Below, one piece after another: positions 58,585 to 64,000 of a stretch of DNA of 64,000 bases. The notes under the pieces were generated by a model that saw nothing but the letters and a program-made list of their open reading frames with translations, had not been told where the DNA came from and made no database searches. Both the position numbers and the translations under genes were made by a program. Source of the stretch: a virus. Within the stretch, counting starts at the first letter, position 1; each line of letters starts with the position of its first letter. The DNA is taken from IMG/VR virus record IMGVR_UViG_3300042484_001802; one strand, written 5' to 3'.

Positions 58585-58674
58585 ATGGCAACAATTATAT
58601 CAAATACAGACATCAATACTTTAAACACCACAATTACAACAATAGGTAGTTTAATTGTAACAGCAAACAGTTAG
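58585..58674 (+). CDS. 29-aa Thr/Ile/Asn-rich peptide
   Basis: MATIISNTDINTLNTTITTIGSLIVTANS; A-rich leader like other genes here; fills the gap between two genes. Confidence 0.55.
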   Translation: MATIISNTDINTLNTTITTIGSLIVTANS

Positions 58675-58697
58675 TATAAAATCTAATAAGTTATTTT

Positions 58698-59231
58698 ATG
58701 ATACATTTCATACCAAATATTCTTACTAAGGATGAGTGTGAATACTTAACGAATCAATTTGATTTCGAAAGAAAATATCAAATCTCGGCGGATAATGAAT
58801 ATACTGGCACCAATATATCATATGGGTTTGCCCCTTCATTTGCGTTTAATACCTATTTAAATAAATTAAAATCAAAAGTGTTAGAATATAACAATAATTT
58901 TGATGATTTATTCAATGTAAACACATTTGTTAGGGAATATATGAACACCTCAATGTTAAAAAAACATTTAGATAGAAAAGACATTAGTGTTACTATGTCT
59001 ATATGTTTAGAATCCACAATAAATAAAGAATGGCCGTTATGTGCGGAAATCGGAAATAAGGAATATTGTTTCAACACAAATATTGGTGACGGTATTTTAT
59101 TATTTGATGCGGATAAAATCACACATTGGAGGGAACCCTTAATATGTCTGGAGAAAGAAAGAGTTGTCCAATTTTTTTTACATTGGAAACCTTCTGATTA
59201 CGTCGCAAAAAAAACAAAATCATTATTATAA
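58698..59231 (+). CDS. 2OG-Fe(II) oxygenase
   Basis: LKKHLDR, GDGILL, HWRE, QFFLHW. Confidence 0.8.
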   Translation: MIHFIPNILTKDECEYLTNQFDFERKYQISADNEYTGTNISYGFAPSFAFNTYLNKLKSKVLEYNNNFDDLFNVNTFVREYMNTSMLKKHLDRKDISVTMSICLESTINKEWPLCAEIGNKEYCFNTNIGDGILLFDADKITHWREPLICLEKERVVQFFLHWKPSDYVAKKTKSLL

Positions 59232-59242
59232 AAAAATAAATT

Positions 59243-59827
59243 ATGCCATTTACATATACAATAGAGTCAACCTTTTTAACAAAAGAAGAATGTGATTTAA
59301 TATTAGATTTTTCATTAAAAGAATTAAAATTAGTACCATCGGAAATTCTTACCAATTACACCGATGGTGGCGACGTTAATACCGATATTAGAAAATCAAA
59401 TCAAGTATTTTACCCCTATTATAAAAAATTTCCATTTTTATTAGAAAAAATGAGTAAATTATTAAATCAACATATTTTTGTTAAAGGGTTCGATTTAGAT
59501 TTTAAAGAAAGTCAATTTCAGTTTACTGAGTATCATCCAGGCGGACATTTTGGCTGGCATAGAGATGCTCATGGAAAAAAAATAACGGATTATGACAGGT
59601 ATTGTTCATTAGTGATACAACTAAATGATGAGTATGGAGAGGGTGATTTACAAATAAAAGATGATCAGAATGGGACCCTAACAGTTGAAAAGGGTACAGG
59701 AAATTTGATATTATTTTTATCAAATATTGAACATAGAGTAGTGCCAGTAAAAAGTGGGATTAGATATACACTAGTTAATTGGGTGAAATTAAAACAAAAA
59801 AAAGATTATAAAAAAACACTTTTATAG
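59243..59827 (+). CDS. 2OG-Fe(II) oxygenase (PKHD/P4H-like)
   Basis: QFTEY..GGHFGWHRD, GEGDL, HRVVPV.SGIRYTLVNW. Confidence 0.9.
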   Translation: MPFTYTIESTFLTKEECDLILDFSLKELKLVPSEILTNYTDGGDVNTDIRKSNQVFYPYYKKFPFLLEKMSKLLNQHIFVKGFDLDFKESQFQFTEYHPGGHFGWHRDAHGKKITDYDRYCSLVIQLNDEYGEGDLQIKDDQNGTLTVEKGTGNLILFLSNIEHRVVPVKSGIRYTLVNWVKLKQKKDYKKTLL

Positions 59828-59828
59828 C

Positions 59829-60146
59829 ATGAAAATAAATTTTAAAGAAATATTAAATGCTTGGTATAATGTTATAAATCACACACCAGAACAAAAGGAA
59901 TTAGCAGATAAAAGATTCGCTATATGTTTAGAATGCCCCTCTAAAATAGAAATTTTAAAAGACAAGAAATGGCTTTTTAAATGTAAAGAATGTGGTTGTC
60001 CTTTAGGCGCAAAAGTTTACACTGAAACAACATACCTTACTAAAGACAAATCTTGTCCACTTGATAAATGGAAAGAAGTTGAAATGGAATTTATGAGTAA
60101 ACATAGTGACACGATTAAATATAAAACTAAAAAAACATTTCTTTAG
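59829..60146 (+). CDS. Small Cys-rich (Zn/Fe-binding) protein
   Basis: RFAICLECP...CKECGCPL..K...CPLDKW. Confidence 0.7.
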   Translation: MKINFKEILNAWYNVINHTPEQKELADKRFAICLECPSKIEILKDKKWLFKCKECGCPLGAKVYTETTYLTKDKSCPLDKWKEVEMEFMSKHSDTIKYKTKKTFL

Positions 60147-60148
60147 TT

Positions 60149-60838
60149 ATGGGTTATTTAATAAACGATGACCTTTTATGGGTGATCACCCCTAAATGTG
60201 CTAGCGACTCAATAGAAACTGCATTATTAAACTCAAGTTTAAATTTAAAAAAATATAGCGAGCACTTCGAACAACATACCCATATGCATATACCACTAAA
60301 CGAGTGCTTAACTAAGTTTGGTAAAAAAGAAACAATATGTATCACTAGAGATTGGTTTGAAAAATGGTTAAGTTCATTAAATTTTATTTGGGATTATATA
60401 GAATTATATAGTGAATATGAACCAGTATGTAAATGGGAGGACATCAATAATAATGTTATTTATGAGATATTTGATAGCGAATTTGTAAATAAACTTTACT
60501 CATTAAATCATACCTCTAATGAAGAATGTTTTTTGAAATTATTAAAAAGGAACACCGAAGATATTATAAACGTACCCAAAGAAATTTATGGAATAATAAT
60601 AACTCTAATATCTGAACGCTATTGGAAAAGTAATGTAAAATGCACATATGAATTTGATATTAAAAAATTAGACGATTTTGTTAATTTCATTGAAAATAGG
60701 TTTGGTGAAAAATTAATAATAGAAAAGAAAAACGTATCTACAAAAAGACCAAATAAATTAATAGTAAATAATGAATTAAAATCTTTTGTTTGGGAAAAAT
60801 TTGAAAAAATATTTGAAAAAAGAAATCAATTAATTTAA
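60149..60838 (+). CDS. Sulfotransferase-family-like protein
   Basis: PKCAS (5'-PSB-like) and RDWFEKWLS (3'-PB-like). Confidence 0.6.
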   Translation: MGYLINDDLLWVITPKCASDSIETALLNSSLNLKKYSEHFEQHTHMHIPLNECLTKFGKKETICITRDWFEKWLSSLNFIWDYIELYSEYEPVCKWEDINNNVIYEIFDSEFVNKLYSLNHTSNEECFLKLLKRNTEDIINVPKEIYGIIITLISERYWKSNVKCTYEFDIKKLDDFVNFIENRFGEKLIIEKKNVSTKRPNKLIVNNELKSFVWEKFEKIFEKRNQLI

Positions 60839-60839
60839 T

Positions 60840-61508
60840 ATGGCAACTATTTGGACATTTGGGGATTCATTTACTTCTGGAGACGGGTGTGTAGAAAACC
60901 TAAGAATTAGAGACGGCGATTTTAGATATTATAACGAATATAAAAAACTAGGTAGTGATATATGGCCTAATTTATTAGGTAAAACTTTAGGATATGACGT
61001 AAAAAATCTAGGAAAAAGTGGTGCAAGTAATGACTATATTTTAGATTCTATTATTGATAATTTTAACATGATAGAACCAAATGATGTGGTGATAATTGAA
61101 AAAACATTTTACCAAAGATTTGATATACCTAAATCAACGGGTGATGGGTTTCAAACAATTTACGCTGAAGGACTTTATCAACTTTCTATTGATTTAAAAA
61201 TGGAAAGATATTCTTGTGAAGATAAATTAGAAATTGAAACGGTATTAAATTATGGTGTTTTATTTTCCGACAATAAATTATTTAAAGAAAGACAAGATAA
61301 ACGATTTGAATTTATACAAGCACAATTAAATAATAAAACAGATAAAATATTAATATGGGATGTTTTAGATTTTTTAGACGGTAAAATTGAAACGATAGGT
61401 CAACACACTGAGGGTAATATAAAAGATTATCATTTTAGTTTTAATGGTCATAAAAGATTTAGCGAATTTCTATACAAAAAATTATATATTAAACCCTCAT
61501 TAGTTTAA
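60840..61508 (+). CDS. SGNH/GDSL-like hydrolase or acyltransferase
   Basis: FGDSFT, NLGKSGASN, DYHFSFNGH. Confidence 0.7.
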   Translation: MATIWTFGDSFTSGDGCVENLRIRDGDFRYYNEYKKLGSDIWPNLLGKTLGYDVKNLGKSGASNDYILDSIIDNFNMIEPNDVVIIEKTFYQRFDIPKSTGDGFQTIYAEGLYQLSIDLKMERYSCEDKLEIETVLNYGVLFSDNKLFKERQDKRFEFIQAQLNNKTDKILIWDVLDFLDGKIETIGQHTEGNIKDYHFSFNGHKRFSEFLYKKLYIKPSLV

Positions 61509-62240
61509 ATGTTAGTCGATAAAAAATTTATTTTTATAAGTTTACCAAGATGTGCATCAACATCATTTATGATTACGTGTGTTAAAAACAAAATACCAAT
61601 AGAGCATTTCAACTCAAACCATGATAATCAGTTGATTAAAATCAATGAATGGGAAAAAATGGGTAATGAAGAATTGGCAGATAGATTAGTACATGCACAC
61701 GAACCATTACATATGTTACAAGAAAAATTTGGGACGAGCAACCAAATTATTTCAATAAGACGAAATAAGTACGATAGATTTTTATCTTTATGGAAACACA
61801 TCATAGACGAATTACACAGAATTAACAAACTTGATATTGCTGACATCTTTTCAAAATTAACAACTAATGATCTGTTTGATAATATTAAACCAAATGACAT
61901 TTATAATTCGGAAAATAGAGTTAAAGTTATTGATAATTTTTTATCTAGGTTAGAAATTTCAAAAGAAGAATCTTACACTAAAAATATGTTAGATATATTG
62001 TTTATGCCAGTAGTTGAACTTACAAATAACGACCCAAATATTATCTGGTTTGATATTAACAGTTTGAGAGATTTAGAAAATTGGGTGTCAAAAAAACTAA
62101 ATAGAGATTTTAAAATGGAAAAAATAAATTCAAGTAAACATTTTAATTCAGTAATGGAGAACGATGATAATTTTAAACAGAAATATGATAATCTTTATAA
62201 AGAATTTGACCAAAGAAAAACAACTAAAACATTATTGTAA
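61509..62240 (+). CDS. Sulfotransferase-family-like protein
   Basis: FIFISLPRCASTS, RNKYDRFLSLW, INSS. Confidence 0.65.
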   Translation: MLVDKKFIFISLPRCASTSFMITCVKNKIPIEHFNSNHDNQLIKINEWEKMGNEELADRLVHAHEPLHMLQEKFGTSNQIISIRRNKYDRFLSLWKHIIDELHRINKLDIADIFSKLTTNDLFDNIKPNDIYNSENRVKVIDNFLSRLEISKEESYTKNMLDILFMPVVELTNNDPNIIWFDINSLRDLENWVSKKLNRDFKMEKINSSKHFNSVMENDDNFKQKYDNLYKEFDQRKTTKTLL

Positions 62241-63409
62241 TGGAAATTCAATTTTGGTATAGCGATATTTTACCAAATACAAATATTAGAAATTCAATCG
62301 AAAAAATAGATAGTGACATCTTATTTAAAAATATCCACACCGATAAGGTAGATGTTACAAAATTAAATTTTTTATTTTTTTTGTTAGAAACTGAATGGAC
62401 TAATTCCGATATCCCAAACATAGCGTATACTCATTCTAGTGAATTTATTGAATTACTAATTAAATTACAATCTGAAAATTTCTATTTTATGTGTAATAAT
62501 TCTGGGGAAGCCGAACTTTGGGTGGATAATTTATCCTTGAATTTTTTTAATTTGTTAAAAAAAAATAAAATTGATTTTAACAGATTAATAATTGTAAATA
62601 ACGATTCATCTAAAATTGGTATAGGTAAAACAAAATATGGGGATTTTATATTAAACACCTGTTTTTTTCCTAATTTCTTTTTATCTACCTATGAGCATTT
62701 AAAGTCATATGTAACTGAATTAAACCCTAACACCATACCTGATAAAAAATTCTTATGTTTAAATAGAAGAATGGGTTATGAAAAATATAAATTAATCGAG
62801 AGGTTATATCATATGGGGTTGTTAAATGACACCAGATTTTCTTGGGTAAAAAATAGCACGAATAAAAATCTGTTAAATAAAGAATTACTTAATGAATTAA
62901 ACATAGATGTTGATAACTTTAACCCTATTCAGTTAGAAGATGATGTAATGTATGGTGCTGATTTAGTTATGGAAAAGTATCTTTACACCATAAACCCCAA
63001 ATGGTATTATAAAAGTAAAGTTAATATTATATTGGAAACAATGCTATACCCAAATTCAATTCATCTGACAGAAAAAACCTGGAAAGCAATTTATTTAGGT
63101 GTCCCGTTTGTTATATATTCACCATCTAAACACTATCTTAAAACCTTAAGGGATATGGGATTCAAGACATTTAATTCTGTGATTAATGAGGATTATGATG
63201 AGATGCTAGGTAAAGATAAAATAACACAAGTTATAAAAAGCGCTGAAGAACTGGCTAGTATCTATGACACCCCCAAAGTATTAGATATATGTAGATTTAA
63301 CCAAGAATTATATTTTAATTTTCAACACAGAAAAAAAATATATAATGAGTTTTTTTTAAATAAAATTTGTGATGTTAAAAACTTAACAATTCCTAAAACA
63401 TTAATTTAA
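62240..63409 (+). CDS. Putative GT10-like glycosyltransferase, paralogue C
   Basis: FLCLNRR, ILET...LTEKTWKA...VPFVIY...MGFKTF...INEDYD. Confidence 0.5.
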   Translation: MEIQFWYSDILPNTNIRNSIEKIDSDILFKNIHTDKVDVTKLNFLFFLLETEWTNSDIPNIAYTHSSEFIELLIKLQSENFYFMCNNSGEAELWVDNLSLNFFNLLKKNKIDFNRLIIVNNDSSKIGIGKTKYGDFILNTCFFPNFFLSTYEHLKSYVTELNPNTIPDKKFLCLNRRMGYEKYKLIERLYHMGLLNDTRFSWVKNSTNKNLLNKELLNELNIDVDNFNPIQLEDDVMYGADLVMEKYLYTINPKWYYKSKVNIILETMLYPNSIHLTEKTWKAIYLGVPFVIYSPSKHYLKTLRDMGFKTFNSVINEDYDEMLGKDKITQVIKSAEELASIYDTPKVLDICRFNQELYFNFQHRKKIYNEFFLNKICDVKNLTIPKTLI

Positions 63410-64000
63410 ATGGGTAATAAAATTGATTTAAAAAATTATACGTGTAGTGTGCCATTTACATCATTAGAAATACATAACAATGTTTGTTTTGTGTGCTGTC
63501 CATCCTGGTTACCAAACAAAGTAGAACTTAGTGAAATTCCATTAAAAGATGTTTATAATAGCGAACCAATTATTGATATAAGAAACTCGATATTAGATGG
63601 TTCATTTAGATATTGTAGTCAAGAGCTTTGTCCTTATTTAAGTAAATTAGTGAAGTATGGTGCGGAATCTGGGCCAGTCACTTTAAAATCAAATTCAAAT
63701 GTTAATAGCCCTATTGTAAAAAATAACGCACCAGATTATTTGATGATGAATTTTGATAGAACATGTAACTACAAATGTCCATCATGTAGAGTTGATTTAA
63801 TAGTTGAAAATAGTGAGGGTATAAAACGTGTAGAAAAAACAATAGAGGAGATTGATAATCACTACTCGAAATATGTTAAAACCCTATATATTACTGGATC
63901 AGGGGATCCGTTTGTTTCTGTCGGATTCAGAAATTATCTAAGAAATTTTAACCCTAAAAAATACCCAAACTTAAATTCCATACACCTACACACAAATGCG
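63410..64000 (+). CDS. Radical SAM protein (3'-truncated by the window edge), paralogue of 54351-55472
   Basis: MGNKIDLKNYTCSVPF...VCCPSW...CSQELCP...FDRTCNYKCPSCR...ITGSGDPF; open to the window end. Confidence 0.9.
   Translation, partial: MGNKIDLKNYTCSVPFTSLEIHNNVCFVCCPSWLPNKVELSEIPLKDVYNSEPIIDIRNSILDGSFRYCSQELCPYLSKLVKYGAESGPVTLKSNSNVNSPIVKNNAPDYLMMNFDRTCNYKCPSCRVDLIVENSEGIKRVEKTIEEIDNHYSKYVKTLYITGSGDPFVSVGFRNYLRNFNPKKYPNLNSIHLHTNA

Noticed and set aside
372-61900. Numerous 60-150 aa ORFs antisense to or nested in the called genes
   Set aside because: They overlap well-supported genes, lack motifs and have antisense-type composition.
1-64000. Stop-codon reassignment (alternative genetic code)
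   Set aside because: Code 11 gives near-complete coding density, with TAA, TAG and TGA all used as gene ends next to downstream starts.
1-64000. Bacterial chromosome with an O-antigen/capsule locus
   Set aside because: No flippase, polymerase or export genes; housekeeping-like genes lack their operons; fibre modules and gp46/47-like genes indicate a phage.

Overview
AT-rich, gene-dense, almost entirely + strand segment that reads as part of a large (jumbo-type) tailed phage genome. The host is most likely Bacteroidota (TAnnTTTG-like -7 boxes, no Shine-Dalgarno sites, a signal peptide followed by Gln, an Hc1-like protein). Standard genetic code; no tRNA, rRNA, CRISPR or transposase seen. Three zones. 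(1) 1-21.8 kb: DNA processing and host takeover (PD-(D/E)XK nuclease, SbcD/SbcC, DEDDh exonuclease, ClpP, sigma-70 factor, NusG, AAA ATPase, thioredoxin, glutaredoxin), membrane/lysis-like proteins and probable head-packaged proteins. (2) 21.8-36.3 kb: fibre/adhesin module, including a protein with two long (Ser-Gly-Ser/Thr)n tracts, three C1q-like and three LamG-like paralogues. (3) 36.3-64 kb: a large tailoring-enzyme island (glycosyltransferases, SAM methyltransferase, four radical SAM proteins, split TPP enzyme, tandem epimerase, carbamoyltransferase, APS kinase, 2OG-Fe(II) oxygenases, sulfotransferase-like and SGNH-like proteins). The best candidate for an undescribed system is at 57-64 kb. 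There a circularly permuted ATP-grasp-like domain is fused to a Hint domain that looks competent only for C-terminal cleavage (His-Asn) and would release a 35-aa, 8-Cys peptide. It is followed by a 29-aa Thr-rich ORF and seven consecutive ORFs that end in a shared C-terminal motif (K-[ST]-L-[LIV]-COOH-like). All functional calls come from motifs read by eye; no database searches were run.
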